The position numbers and the translations under genes are program-made. A stretch of DNA of 60,451 bases, the filler included, from Sphacelaria rigidula (taxonomy: Eukaryota), in the NCBI GenBank assembly GCA_964200075.2. It is 8 parts of 8 records of this genome, joined end to end, with 100 filler letters (N's around TTAATTAATTAA, not from the genome) between each part and the next. Parts side by side here need not be neighbours in the genome. Positions count along the whole stretch, not along the records: positions 1 to 7,470 come from CAXNAA020014783.1; positions 7,571 to 15,040 come from CAXNAA020014784.1; 6 more parts are not named here. One strand, 5' to 3'. Positions 1 through 12,311 of this stretch are shown here, in pieces; within the stretch, counting starts at the first letter, position 1; the number at the start of each line of letters is the position of its first letter. The notes under the pieces are model-generated. The model saw only the letters and a list, made by a program, of their open reading frames with translations, was not told the origin of the DNA and made no database searches.

Positions 1-265
1 GTCTCGAAAGGGATGCGTGGTCAATGGTCAAATGACTAAGGCAAGCAACAAATGAGTACGCCCCCCCCCCTAGGCGGCCTGGCTAACGGGTAGAACGGTG
101 ATAGAACATGCATAACGATGTGAAAAGTTAGCCATGCCTTTTCCTTCATGAAAAATTTGGAGTTTTTACGCATGGCCGTCGCGCCACGGTGATCGAAGTG
201 GAAAATCAACACTATATTAGTCTGCGCGGATTGCGTGGATCCGAATCCCGACAGTAGAGTAAGGG

Positions 266-310
266 TAGTGCAGTGTAGTGTAGTGTAGTGTAGTGTAGTG
301 TTGTGTTGTG
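266..310. repeat. (GTAGT)n pentanucleotide microsatellite
   Basis: Direct inspection. Confidence 0.9.
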
Positions 311-662
311 GTTTCTGCCGTCCTAGAAGATGAGAGCGAGGTCTGTAAAAAAAAAAGCACTCAAATCAGGAGAATAGGGCTGTGGGCTGTGGGCTGTGGG
401 AATGCTGATCCCATGCCCGAAAAAAAAATGGAGGGTACGTGGCTGGATAGGGATGATTCGACTGCTTGAGAAACCTGGTCCGTCCTGAGGAACGAGGGTT
501 GAAAGTGCAACAATCGCCCCCCTCTACGACTAGAGTGTAGTGGCTTCTAGTGTAACACTTGGTCTCACACATTGACACGAACGAGGTCAAACATGTTCAT
601 ACAAGCACCTATACCGTCGCATATTTCATACCTGCCCATCTTAACCCAGGGTTACATCTTAC

Positions 663-799
663 CTCAGGGTCACGTCGTATAGATTCAACGTAGCCACGAT
701 GGTTTTGCATGCGTCTCCAGCACCGTTCACTGATAGGGCGAGCTCAGCTGCCAAAGGGGAAGTACGCTTAGCCCATTTGGTTTGGTACAAGACAGGAAC
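663..799 (-). CDS. ATG2: ATG2 exon 6 (gene continues beyond the contig end)
   Basis: Acceptor TCTGCAG|GTT, donor AG|GTAAGA; VPVLYQTKW...LNLYDVTLR in phase with exon 5. Confidence 0.72.
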
Positions 800-942
800 C
801 TGCAGACGGAAGCGGGTCCCATACAAGGCCATGGTCATCACGAGGTCGAACAAGATAGGCAGGGTGTGTTGCCGAGGAGGGCACAAAATGTGCACAAGAT
901 ATTACAACAGCAATCGTGGCACATGGCACATGGTACACTTAC

Positions 943-1537
943 AAAGCCTAGTCTCGGTAGATCTTCCATCAAAGGGTAGATAGCAGATCCGTCCCCTCCA
1001 CTGCGGAACATTAGCGGCATGAACTGATCTCGTGCAGCAAGCGAGCCGTTATGCGAGCCTCGCAGAGTTTCGTGCACACACGCATCCGCAGAAGACACAG
1101 TCACCAATGGTGCAGAGTGGTGCTCATCTGATGTTCCGTCTCCGCCAAGATGTAGGCAAGCTTTTCCAAGATTCAACACGTAAGAGTGCGGTCCAGGGTC
1201 CTCTGCAAATGCAGCTGCCTCGTGTAAGACGATGGTGGCACCACGGGCCTCTACGATCACCTCGAGCGCAGCAGGTGCAGTTGATCCATCTGCCTCCGCA
1301 AGCTTATCGTGAGTGCGCGCATTAGCAGGTACTGACTCGGCGGGCCCAGACAGACCCGCTACAAGATCCGCCAGGACCACCAATTCTAGTCGTGACAGCT
1401 CCACAGCCAAGCGCGGTAAGTCACAAAGCAAGACGTGAGGAGGGTGCATATTTCCTCCGGCATTACTCGATTCATCGTCTTGTCTGTGCCCCTTGAAGCT
1501 CGCCGCAGACTCTGCCCTACTTAAACCGCCGTCCACC
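943..1537 (-). CDS. ATG2: ATG2 exon 5
   Basis: Acceptor TTCGCAG|G completes the phase-2 Gly codon from exon 4; donor TTT|GTAAGT. Confidence 0.78.
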
Positions 1538-3098
1538 CTGCGAATAGATCAGCAGCCGTCGGGTCGTGACCAGGTCAGGAACAGTACTTGTGAATTGGGT
1601 TCAGTCTGCAACATTGTTACGTAGTCAAGTATCGTATATGGGTCTTGGCGATTTTGTATGAACAAAAAAACACGCCGCAACACTGCTCGGCCAAGCGCTG
1701 CCCACTGTACTGTCACATGCCACCTTGGATTTTCAATAGGCATACGAGACACCCGGGTGACGCGACTGTGGTCCAAATGAAAGAGTGTCAGTGCATTTGC
1801 ATGCCAGACCCAAGCAATACAAGATAATAAGACTACCGTGCTAAACATCTCAGAAGTCACATTCCCGGTACGATCCAGTATCTAGCAAGTCTCAGTCTGA
1901 CTCGTCTAACTCGGACTCGACTCTCACGAGTCATTCGAAATACGATGGCTCGTAAGACTGCAGTTAGACTCGTCCTCATTCATCCAAACGACTAGGAGAA
2001 GTCACGCTAGATTTATCATGCCACTCCTGTAACTTGCAACTCGAGTCATGGTTGAACCACCGGATTTCGAGATAATTCGCATGATGCCAAGCTCCGTCGG
2101 CAGATATACGCAGAGGTCAGCGGTACACAACCACACAAGCCAGTGAAGCGGCCGAACGAGAATTTAGTCCCTAGTCTCTCTACTTGTTGTTCGAGTCAAA
2201 CGAGCTAGCTGATTGTCATGAGCGACGGGACGTCATCGAAGGGGTCAAAGCACACGGGTCACACTCCACACCAGCAGGCAGTACAGGCAATGGGCACCAC
2301 GCAGTTCAAACAGGCGCCAGTCACATTGAAAGGTTTACAGAAGTCTGTACATTGCAACACCCGGAGAACTCTTCTGTTCAGGTTCGTGCATCGTCCGAAT
2401 GCAGTTTAAGCATGACGTTTTCAACGGCACCATCGTACTGGACAGCCCTGCAGTAACCAAGCATACACTGCGTTCCACACATGTGGCCGGTATAGCAGTG
2501 CACGCCACACAGACAGTCAAGTAGTGTACGTACTGTAGCACCATACTGTGCTGACCTGCAGTACCAAAATACCAACGCCCTCTCCACCTCTCCACGGGAG
2601 TAGCCGGCACATTATCACAGAACACGTCATGCAAAAAAATAAAGACGCAGAGAAACTTCAATACCGCTACTCAAGAGCGATATACCGTTGTTCCGGTCAG
2701 AGTGCAAACTGACTATTGCAGCATTTGTTTGTGCTGTTCATTGCGATTCGGAAAACTTGGTAGTATGATTGTCCTTCGCCCAGTCAGACTCGACACTTTT
2801 CAAAGATGACTCGTATGACTCGAGGTCAGACTCGTCCTCGGTTTTCCGCATGACTTGCAGGACTCGAGCGTACGTGTCTGGACTTTTCCGGATGCTTCAT
2901 AGGACATGAGATTACGTGTCCTCGTTCTCCGAATAACTCATGGGACTCCACTCAGACGCAGGTGATGACTCGTGGGGCGCAAGTCGCGGCGTATCATTAC
3001 TCGATGAACGTGTTGTATGCGCGAACATCCAGTTGAAACTAGACACTCAGCAGCGCCGGCTCTAACTGCGATCACTATCCCAAAGATTACATGCTTAC

Positions 3099-4321
3099 CC
3101 CTCGTTGGGTTCCCATGTATGCAAGAACTTGAGGTTGGCGTCACCAGGCCGAACCACCTCTAATCGCCCCGCCTTTACGATATCCTCTGCCAGACCGTAC
3201 TCCACCTTCAACGGGACGTTGAATGGAGACCCTGGCGGCTGCACTGCCTCAAGGAAGTGAAGCTCCATTAGACTGGCGCCAGCGGCTTCGCTGTCGCTGT
3301 CACTGAGGGGTAGAGCCATTTGGCATCGTAATTTGGTGCATTCCACCGTACATGTTGGCGAACTCGCCCGCCGCGTGGTGTGTTCGATTACGGCGCCCTC
3401 GATTTCCACCACCAGCAAAGGTGCTTGATCGCGAAGGACCTCTGGTACCTCTGTTACTGTCCAGCCCACCGGGCTCGCACCGTTGTGCACACTTTGAACG
3501 AGTGCAGCGTACGCTTCGGACGAACACACGCTAGGGTGTGATGGTAATCGCAAGTCAATCCTCGAAATGGAAACAGTCACACGAACGCACTTATCGCTCT
3601 CCTTCCCAGGTGTTGCCGCGTTGATGGACCCACCGTGTGCAGTCTTTTCCGAGATCGACTCAACGGGTTGCACACGCGGTGCAGCGCACTCTAAAAACTT
3701 GGTGATAAAGCCAAGCATTCGCGAGTGTATTACAGCAGCCACCGGCAGGCATTGCACATCAACGGAAATGTTCACTTCGTCGGTTTCGACTGCTCTACGT
3801 GGTGCAGATGTGCGCGGTCCATTGGAGCATGTTACCTTCAGACTTGGAAGTGCCTGAGCTTCACAGAGTACCTCCGCCACCCGCAACGGCTGCTTCGTCC
3901 CAAGGTCTGTGTCATAGTAATCCGCAACGCAGGTGCCGATCTCAGCGACTGCGTCAATCCGTGACCCAACGTGATGCACAGTTTTGGTCATCCGTCTCAG
4001 CTGCACGTGAAGCCGGCGCGCCACAGTATCGTTGCCCATCTCTACCTCCATGTATGGTACCTCTCTCCGTTCGATTTCACGAGAGCTCAGCGGCGCCTCG
4101 GAGAGACACAGTGTGACGTCCAGTCCAGCCACACGCACGCGTACTTTAGTAGTGTCACATTCTTGTGGTTCGGCATATTTGGATCTTTCACCGGGATCCT
4201 CGCTGCCGTCGACGCAGTCGAAGAAGAGATCACTTTGGTCGAGCGAACTCTGCATCATGCTACCCAAACCTCCCTCCCCGTTCCTTGCTTCTTCTGCTAG
4301 CCGAGCACGAGCTTCTGCGTA
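3099..4321 (-). CDS. ATG2: ATG2 exon 4
   Basis: Acceptor TTCATGCAG|TAC, donor GG|GTAAGC (phase 2); long ORF including SDLFFDC, similar to the ATG2 acidic FFDC segment. Confidence 0.82.
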
Positions 4322-4485
4322 CTGCATGAACGAGCAGGCACACAAACGAGGCGGACAGGAAAAATGGTAATGATTTGTGACGGACAATATGTACTGCAGT
4401 TCTAGTTTCTTTTCACCTCATGCCGAAATAGAATAGCCTAGACAAACCCACGACGACGATGATCATCATTTGTACTGCGGCTCAC

Positions 4486-4896
4486 CTGCTCAAGTAGACT
4501 GGACAAAGAGTCGAAATTCAGCTCACGGGAATCAGCATCGCCGGACACTTGTGGGCTGTCGAAGTACCAGAAGTCTTCCCGAAAAAGCGGTTTGACCAGA
4601 GTGCCCTTTGTGTCAGGAACATGGTCAGCAGCAGCTGGGGTGGATTCCTCAAGGTGGGTTGAATACACCGACGAAAGTTTACATAGACCGGTACAATCAG
4701 CTATACTCATCGTAACATCGATGTGCCGCAGAGAGACATCGACGTCCATTGCTGCGCCACCTGGCGTCAATCCCAACGCCACCCTTCGATCCTGCTTAAT
4801 GAGTACACCCGTTGGCCCGCTGATCCTGACCACGCTGCGCTTGCTTTTCCGTCCATCTTTACACCAGTCCGCGGATATAGTCCCGATGGTTAATCG
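4486..4896 (-). CDS. ATG2: ATG2 exon 3 (137 codons)
   Basis: Acceptor CACTCAG|CGA, donor CAG|GTGAGC; open frame, phase-compatible with exons 2 and 4. Confidence 0.8.
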
Positions 4897-5263
4897 CTGA
4901 GTGAGGTGTATAGCAGCGGAATTTTGAACCAAACGATAGAGAAGGCGCGAAGCGCATGTTGGAATCAAGCACAGATGTCATCTTACATCACGCAGTACAA
5001 CATGAGGGGAGGATCGGACGATAAAGACACGGGACTGCCGACGATAAAGACAACATCTCATGAGCTAGACTTGAACCGGAAATAAGTCAAAATTTGAGGG
5101 CTCAGCGAGGAGACCACCTGGTCATGCAACCTGCCGCGATCACTCGGGAACACCTTAACGACCACCGTAAATTATGCCAACGACAGGACACGACACTCGC
5201 TTCACATAAGAATATCGTGGAACACTGTGCCGATTCTGTTTCGTCAAACGCCACAGATCGTAC

Positions 5264-5977
5264 CTTATGCGCAAGTAGGGGACCACCGACATGTTGGCCA
5301 GATTTGGTTCGGCCACCACCTGACACGACGCTGTGGGGTTGTCGCGGTCCCTCTGTCAGCAGCGCAGATGTTTCTGGGGTTTCGTCGCACCATTTTAGGG
5401 AGCTGCACTGGATCTGAAGAAATGAGTCATTCGCCAGGCTTCCCCGTTCAACGTCATTATTGACCTGCACTTCCGCTGAAACTCTCACGGTTACGCCACT
5501 CACAACAACCTTGACCTTGGAGGTGATTTGCTCAATCCACTGGGCCAGGAAATCTAACCCTTCCGCTACGTCACCGGTCGGCGTGCCACTGGACGATACA
5601 CTGTCCGTGATGTCCCCACCCGATACCGAGGTATGCCTCGCAGCCTGGTTGTCGACAGAGCTTCTTCGTTTGCTCGTGTCGACCGTTTTTGGCCGACCCT
5701 CTGTGATCTGGTCAGGTACGCCAACTGCATCTTCCACGTCTGTCGGTCCCTTGTCGTTGCTGGTAGGATGAGGTGCTATGTCAATGGAGACGTCGTCCAA
5801 GAAAAACGCGAGACTTTCTGTTAGTAGCTTTGCGTAGGAAATTTCCACCCTTAATTTCCCAACGTGAACACGTGCAAGTCGGAACGACAAGTGCGGCAAT
5901 ATTTCTTCCAAGGCCCTCGCGTTGATGCTGATGTCTGTGAGCTCTATCCGCCCGGACCCGAGTTGGACATCGAGTTG
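5264..5977 (-). CDS. ATG2: ATG2 exon 2 (238 codons)
   Basis: Acceptor TGGCAG|CAA; QLDVQLGSGRIELTDISIN...VGKLRVEISYAKLLTESL continues the Chorein-N domain; GLDFLAQWIEQITSKVKVVV is ATG2-like; donor AAG|GTACG; phase 0 at both ends. Confidence 0.9.
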
Positions 5978-6523
5978 CTGCCAGCAGATGGAAGCAGATG
6001 GAAGCAGATGGAAGCGCGAAAGATGGGTTTGACTTGCTGGTATGTCTGCAAATGTTGTCTTATGCAAGTACAGCCAACTTCACATTTGTGCAGCATGTAC
6101 CGACGACATGGTACAGCACAAGTTTAGTACGGGTACTGTACAACAGGCTACCTGAAGAAGAACGCAAGTGCTGTACGTACTACAGTAGAGCCGTAAAAGA
6201 GGAAGCTGCGCTGTGCTGTACCGCAATGCAATGCGTAGTACAGTGTAGTGTGAAGGGCCTACACACTACGTACGTAGCTCTTCGGACCCAGACATAGTAC
6301 CGCAGCAACTCATGTTTCGTTCAAGCCAAATATGCCAGCTAAGATCAGCGCGAAGAGAGAAAAGGGTGACGGCAACAACCGGCGTTGTATACTGCATTTT
6401 GCGCACTTACTCTCGCCCGTTCGGGCTACTAGTTGCAGTACCGAACGGCCCGAAAAAACACAAACCAGTACGTTCAGCCCGAGTATCTGCCACATTCTTT
6501 TGTTGCTGACAGATCACACGTAC

Positions 6524-6670
6524 CTCGAGAGTGATATCATCATCAAGAAAGCGTCCGACTAGCCTCTTGAGCACGAACCTATACAGTTTCTTGAGCGTTG
6601 GGTTTGTCAAGCGTCGAAAGACTTCCTGAGGTGCAAGTTGGACAGCATGCAGGTACGAGATGCGGGTCAT
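6524..6670 (-). CDS. ATG2: ATG2 autophagy lipid-transfer protein, exon 1 (49 codons)
   Basis: ATG at 6670; encodes LKKLYRFVLKRLVGRFLDDDITLE, typical of the Chorein-N start of ATG2; donor GAG|GTACGT at 6524/6523. Confidence 0.88.
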
Positions 6671-7194
6671 ACTGTAAATAGCTGCAATTCAAGACTTCAA
6701 CAACAGTACGTCCTCATTTCATCTCACGAATTGTAGCTACTACAGTATTTTCGAGCGTTCATCGACCGAAATCGACCCCGAGCTTACCATTCCTTGAATA
6801 TTTTGTCACATGAACGAAACAGCGGATCCCTCTCGAGTCTCCAGCGTCGTACTTGTATCGGGGCTCTTTTAGAGGGCATCTAAGCTTCATTGCTCACATT
6901 AGCCTGTTGGGATTATCTCAGGCCCGTGGTCATGAGATCGAAGTTTTTTGCGCTTTCTGCACTACGACAGTAGTCTTTGTTCAGACCCATGGTTGGAAGA
7001 TACCAGCAGTATTGCGAGTACAGGCTGGTTTACGCTTTCGGCCAAGAATACACTAGTCAGCAAAAGGCTTCGGCGATAATGACTCAATTGTCGCTTGCAT
7101 GGTATCACCATGGCCATCATGGACAACTGAAAAGAGTGACGTAGCAGGATTTTGTTCAAGACCACAGTGGCGGCGCTAAGACCGACTCTAATAA

Positions 7195-7400
7195 TGGGAG
7201 CCGTTCAAAATTCCTTCTCAAAACTGCCTTTTTGGCCCTTCTCCGTCGTTTTACGCCTGAAAAGAGGGCTAGGCGGATGTTGACGCCTCGGAATGACTTG
7301 CTCTACTCATTGAGGCCGTTCCAGGGCAACCTTGCATTTCCCGCTGGCCGCATCTTCAATTTTGGCCAAACACTGATGGATTTCAAACAAAAAACGGTCA
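7195..7400 (+). repeat. Dispersed repeat, inverse copy at about 26500-26712
   Basis: GGCCCTTCTC.GTCGTTTT.CGCC.GAAAAGAGGGCT shared. Confidence 0.75.
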
Positions 7401-7470
7401 AACAGCCGATCATCTATGTTGAGGATGGTGCTCTTCATTGAGGATGAGAACCCGGAGGATTAAAATCTTC

Positions 7471-7570
7471 NNNNNNNNNNNNNNNNNNNNNNNNNNNNNN
7501 NNNNNNNNNNNNNNTTAATTAATTAANNNNNNNNNNNNNNNNNNNNNNNNNNNNNNNNNNNNNNNNNNNN
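7471..7570. other. Artificial contig spacer; also at 15041-15140, 22610-22709, 30179-30278, 37748-37847, 45316-45415, 52884-52983
   Basis: Exactly 100 bp of N with a central TTAATTAATTAA (stops in all six frames). Confidence 0.99.
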
Positions 7571-7637
7571 AATTGAACCCACGACCCAACCGTCAGAAGG
7601 TTTCGAGGTTACCAACTGAGCCACCGGGGCGACCGGC
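7571..7637 (-). mobile_element. SINE A head (cut by the contig start)
   Basis: Near-identical to 8157-8222. Confidence 0.8.
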
Positions 7638-7827
7638 TAGACAGTCAAGTGTGTATACCGTACTGCGTCCCGACTAATGCTATATTTTACAGAGAGATGA
7701 ACACAAACGTACAGCACCTCAAGCATTCTCAGCGGGGACCAAACCGTGTTCGCAAGGTATAAACACACCATAGAACAGTGATAGCTACAGCACACATGAC
7801 ACCGGACGTGAGTGTGTTTGTGCTGCA

Positions 7828-7832
<5 letters not shown>

Positions 7833-7879
<47 letters not shown>

Positions 7880-8222
7880 GTCGTCCCTTTCATTCTGGAC
7901 GCCACTGTACACCTTTCGGTGTATGTCGGCGCATCAGCCGGGGTCACACAGGAGGAAAGTCAATGCAGGGGCTTCTTCTTTTTTCGTTAATACCACACTT
8001 TCCTTCTGCGGTGCTTGCGTTTTTATTTTTTTTCGGGAGAGGGGTTTAGCTGTCCCTTTCCCTCCTCGACCGTTAAGTCGAATTTTGTGTACCCACGACA
8101 TAGTCGCTCTCCACTGTTGGCCATGGCGTGAGAAAAAATCCCAGATCGCTCTGAGAATTGAACCCACGACCCAGCCGTCAGAAGGTTTCGAGGTTACCAA
8201 CTGAGCCACCGGGGCGACCGGC
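7833..8222 (-). mobile_element. tRNA-derived SINE family A, full length with (CA)n tail
   Basis: Minus-strand head GCCGGTCGCCCCGG-TGGCTCAGTTGG (A box)...GGTTCAATTC (B box); body shared with other copies; (TG)n at 7833-7874. Confidence 0.85.
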
Positions 8223-8891
8223 AGTGAACCAGGACATGTACCATGTTTTTGTTTTAGTTCCTCGGTTGATTTTGAACGGAGTCCTCAGTGTTTGCCGGGT
8301 GCCGATCTTGAACGCCCGACCATAATGGCGCTTGGCACAAATAATTTAATTCACAACAAAATCATCCCCATGTACAGCGTGGGTGCTGTGCCACGAAAGG
8401 CACGAAAAAATTACCGTTGTGGGGAGTCCGGTCCCGAAAGGGTTTATAATTTCACTAGACCTAGAGTATTCATCCTCATTTTTTACTGTTCCAACGCTCA
8501 TGTTCACACACACATGAAAAGCTCAACCTGGTCTGGACATCAGTGTGGTTTTTTTTTTCAAGTACGAGCTGGGCCAGCCTAGAGGCGAATTCGTAGTTTG
8601 CAAGCCCACTCGCCGGCCAATATCTAGAGTTGGAGGCTGTAACCCATGAAATAAATTTTTTTTGGTGCACTCGCAATATTTTGCATCCATGCCCTGCTCA
8701 TTGTTCGTACCAAATTTTAGGCTCCAACTCCAAATACTGGCCGACGGATGGGCCATTGAGTAACCGCATCGGTAAAAATCCGGAACACTACTTTGCACGC
8801 CACTTACCGGCCCACGTTTGGTGTTTATGCTTTGAAATTATGTGTGGGACCTCGCTGAGGTACAATGAACCAAAAAAGTAGGTCAGGTTAA

Positions 8892-9049
8892 CCCTTTCGG
8901 GACCGGACTCTCAGGAACATGGTGTTTGCACGCAGCGGCCTGCTTGTGAATCGGCATTACTTTCAGTCGTGAAGTAAAAGTTATGCCGATTCACAAAAAA
9001 GACCGCTACACGCCAACACCATGTTTCTGGGAGGTCGGTCCCCAAAGTG
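8892..9049. mobile_element. piggyBac-like palindromic MITE
   Basis: TTAA|CCCTTTCGGGACCGGACTC left end; decayed inverse right end; related ends at 8421-8445 and 11027-11051 (...CCCGAAAGGG|TTAA). Confidence 0.65.
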
Positions 9050-9441
9050 TTTATATTTTTTCACTGGTTTAGGGCGTTTTAGCGTGGTATGGTAACGAAC
9101 ATTTTCTTCCGAGAAAGCCCGAGCCTCTCCCAAAAAAATATGAGGGCCGCTTTTAATCGTGTTGAGCTTTTCTGTGGTTCCCCATGCTAAGTTTCAAATC
9201 ACACTTCAAAAATTTAAGCTAAAAAATGAGGTAATGTCTAAGAGCAGAGTTCAGTTCTCCTCAAAACTCCCCTGAAGACACGAAAAAAATAAAGGAAAAC
9301 GAAATATATATATAAGTATATATAACTGTTTTTTATTGTATTATGCACTAGCTGTTCTCTCTACGAAATTTCATACCATGGCATAGCTCTCGATAGCTGA
9401 GACGCGATATCCAGATTTAGGGCATCTATTTAATAGTGCCT

Positions 9442-9648
9442 ATAATATACATGTACTCTCTTTTTTCTTTTCTTTATTATTTATCCCTGTTTTGCTTGTA
9501 TCGCGTTTTGTGAGTTTTAATCTGGGTCTACCCGAGGTCTACTTTGTTTTTTTCTTGTCTTTATTAGCCTGTGACCACGGAAGGCGTCCGCATCAGATGC
9601 CCAGTACGAATGTACCGCGAAGCTATCGGAACGGTTTTTAATGTGAAG

Positions 9649-9701
<53 letters not shown>
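9442..9701 (+). mobile_element. Retroposon 3' end with (CAA)n tail and TSD
   Basis: TTAGCCTGTGACCACGGAAGGCGTC...TTTTAATGTGAAGA(CAA)n; AGTGCCT at 9435-9441 and 9702-9708. Confidence 0.8.
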
Positions 9702-9702
<1 letters not shown>

Positions 9703-10158
9703 GTGCCTCTGCTAGTCACATACTGATTTTAGTATCGAACCTTACGTGTGCCATATCTCGGGATAGATTACGAATTAGGTGAAGGTGAGGGTACTTATCA
9801 CCTATCGTCTCCCCATGTTCCAGGGAATGTCCACACCAAAAATCGTCATCTGCTAACCATATCGTTCGGGGTTTCATAGAGAGTTTAGTAGGGACGCTAT
9901 CTCCGTACGGTATAGAAATGACTAGACATGAGGTATTATTCAACGAGAGGATATTGGCCCAGACTTTTGAGCAGATGGGCATATTTTCCTTCATTACCGT
10001 AACTAATTGTGCGAGTCATCACACCTCCTGGAGAGAATTTCCAAGCTGGATTACTCCACAAGAAGAAGAGCATCACTTCTGCAAAGGGTGACGATGGAAA
10101 CATTTCGTCGATAGCTGCCCGAAAACGCGTCGTTTGGTATTGGCACCCTCTTCGTCAT

Positions 10159-10284
10159 AAACAAATAAAATAAAATAAAAAGCTCCTGTGTTGACCTTCC
10201 TCCTGTGTGACCCCGGCTGATGNNNNNNNNNAAAGGTGTAGACTGGTGCCCAGAATAAATGGGACGACAACACACACAACAACA
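10159..10284 (+). mobile_element. 5'-truncated SINE A with 15-bp TSD
   Basis: CACCCTCTTCGTCAT at 10144-10158 and 10285-10299 flanks the SINE 3' part. Confidence 0.85.
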
Positions 10285-11049
10285 CACCCTCTTCGTCATG
10301 GAGTAATCGGGCTTTGAAATCCGGTCCAGGGGGTGTGCGATGACTCGCACAAGTACGGGTAGATGATCAACCCTTTTGAGACCGGAGCGGACCAACCAGT
10401 AGTGGTGAGGGCGTTTTGTAAATCGGCATCATTTTCACTTGAGCATCAGACAATAGATTCCATACTGTACGCAGTACATTTTTCGACCGTGTATTCTGTT
10501 GTCCAGGGTATGCTTGAAAACGCGTGAGAACGATGCCGATTCACAAATGGCTTCTGCGTGCAAACCCAGTGTAATTCACCACTTGGGAGGGTGCTATGGT
10601 TGATTTTCAATTCGACTCGATTTTAGTGTGGACAGCGAAATCCGGATCTTCATCTGAGCTGCGCTCCAAGCGTGCTGGTGGCGTGCGCAGAAAGCATAGT
10701 TGTCGAAATCGGCTCCTGGGGTGCCCGATTTGAGGTCTGGCAACGCACACTTTGCCTAGCGAACACTTTACACCCCCTCGCCCGAGGGTTTTAGGTGTGC
10801 CTTCGTTGGGGTTAGGATTAGGGTCAGCGTTAACCCTTAGACCGCGAGATTAGTCTTTCTGGATCATGCATACTTTTTTCAAGTGAAATTAATGCCGATT
10901 CAACAGGTGACCTACTCTCGCTGTCCAAGGTTGTAGTTTGTTCGAAAGTAAAATTTTCCGAGAAATTTCTCGCCCCTCCAAGTGGTGAACTAACCTCCAG
11001 AAACCAGGGGGTCATCTCTCCTTGGTGGGAGTCCTATCCCGAAAGGGTT

Positions 11050-11175
11050 AATACGATATGCGGATCACGGCCCAGCTCGTCTGTGCCGATGAGATATTGC
11101 CTTGAGAGCTCAGATACGTTTCTAGACTGGCCCAGCTCGTACAGGTCACCACGAATATAAAAATTTTGGGCCCGT
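11050..11175 (+). repeat. Dispersed repeat, inverse copy at about 30025-30125
   Basis: TACGATATGCG.ATCACGGCCCA.CTCGTCTGTG.CGATGAGATATTGC shared. Confidence 0.75.
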
Positions 11176-12311
11176 GCGGTTGAAAATAGCAGGAAAATAG
11201 TGATTCTGATGTTGCTGGCTCCTGGATAGTTATCAACACACTGTGTTCTGGACTCTACTGGAGTTGCACAGTCAGTCTTGTTGGCCGAGAAGTGGTTTTA
11301 CGCGGAGGATGCAGGATGTGCAAATCATTACACTGCGGAACAGTAGAAAACGGTAGGCGAAAAGTCGAAAAGTCTGTCTCGAATGTCCTGTAATCTGCCT
11401 GCACTACTCCTTCACACAGAAATACAACATGTTGACTACAACAGGTGTCGTCACATTTTCGTGAACAACGGCGCTGTATCCGCTCAGGCTGACAGGGCTG
11501 CCTTCATTATTTCATCATTTCATATCCGGTTTGTGATTGTCGTTGACTGCCGTCTACCCGTTTTAAAGAGCGAGCGACCGAATCTCCATCAATCCGTAAC
11601 TCAAACGCCCACCGAAACATTAGGGTTGCTTGCTGTGCACGAACTGCTGTACTCTGTTCGAACTTGCGCTATCGGCACTCAACGCGTGTCCTGAGCACAA
11701 CAAAATAGAAACCAATACTCGTAGTAAAACATAGTAGAGTACTGCACGGGGTTCTCTCAAACTGGTGATGTAAAACAAAGAGAGAGTTCGTTCATGAATC
11801 GATAGATTGAGGGATAAAAAATGGTCACCTCGATGCCGATGCATTCCTCTCGGGTCGTGTGTGCTTCTACGAAAAGCCACGGCAGCAGTTGAGAGACAAC
11901 AGTACCATAGAGGAGACGAGCAGTACAGGGGCTACAAAGGCATGGTGCAAAATAAATACATTCACGTGATCGACCGTTTCTTTCCGCAGCAAACTCCTTG
12001 TATTCGATTCAAAAATTGTTGGTGAGACCTGAAAACAGTACCCACCATCCTACCCACCATCCTACTCTCCGTCAGCCCATTCCCTGCTGTTGATTCGACC
12101 GACTACCAACAGTACAGTATCGCACATAACACCACGTATGTTTCACCAAACTGCGGCCACTGTGGTGGATCTGACTTCCATGTTCCATGACAACTGTCCG
12201 TAGTTGGTTGTACTGCTACTACTGCAATAGTATGTGCTGTATGCAGTAACTCCAGTCGTGAGTGCACCGGACAATCAACGCTTTGAACGGCCAGCCACGC
12301 ATCGTACATAC

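Noticed and set aside
7515..7526. Palindromic TTAATTAATTAA recurring about every 7.57 kb
   Set aside because: Artificial six-frame-stop linker inside N spacers, not a biological periodic repeat
7637..8209. ORFs with CVCVCV or HTHTHT runs (also 35715-36275)
   Set aside because: Translations of (CA)n tails and SINE bodies
8150..8222. Possible tRNA gene
   Set aside because: Acceptor and D stems do not close, and it is fused to a repeated body; it is a SINE head
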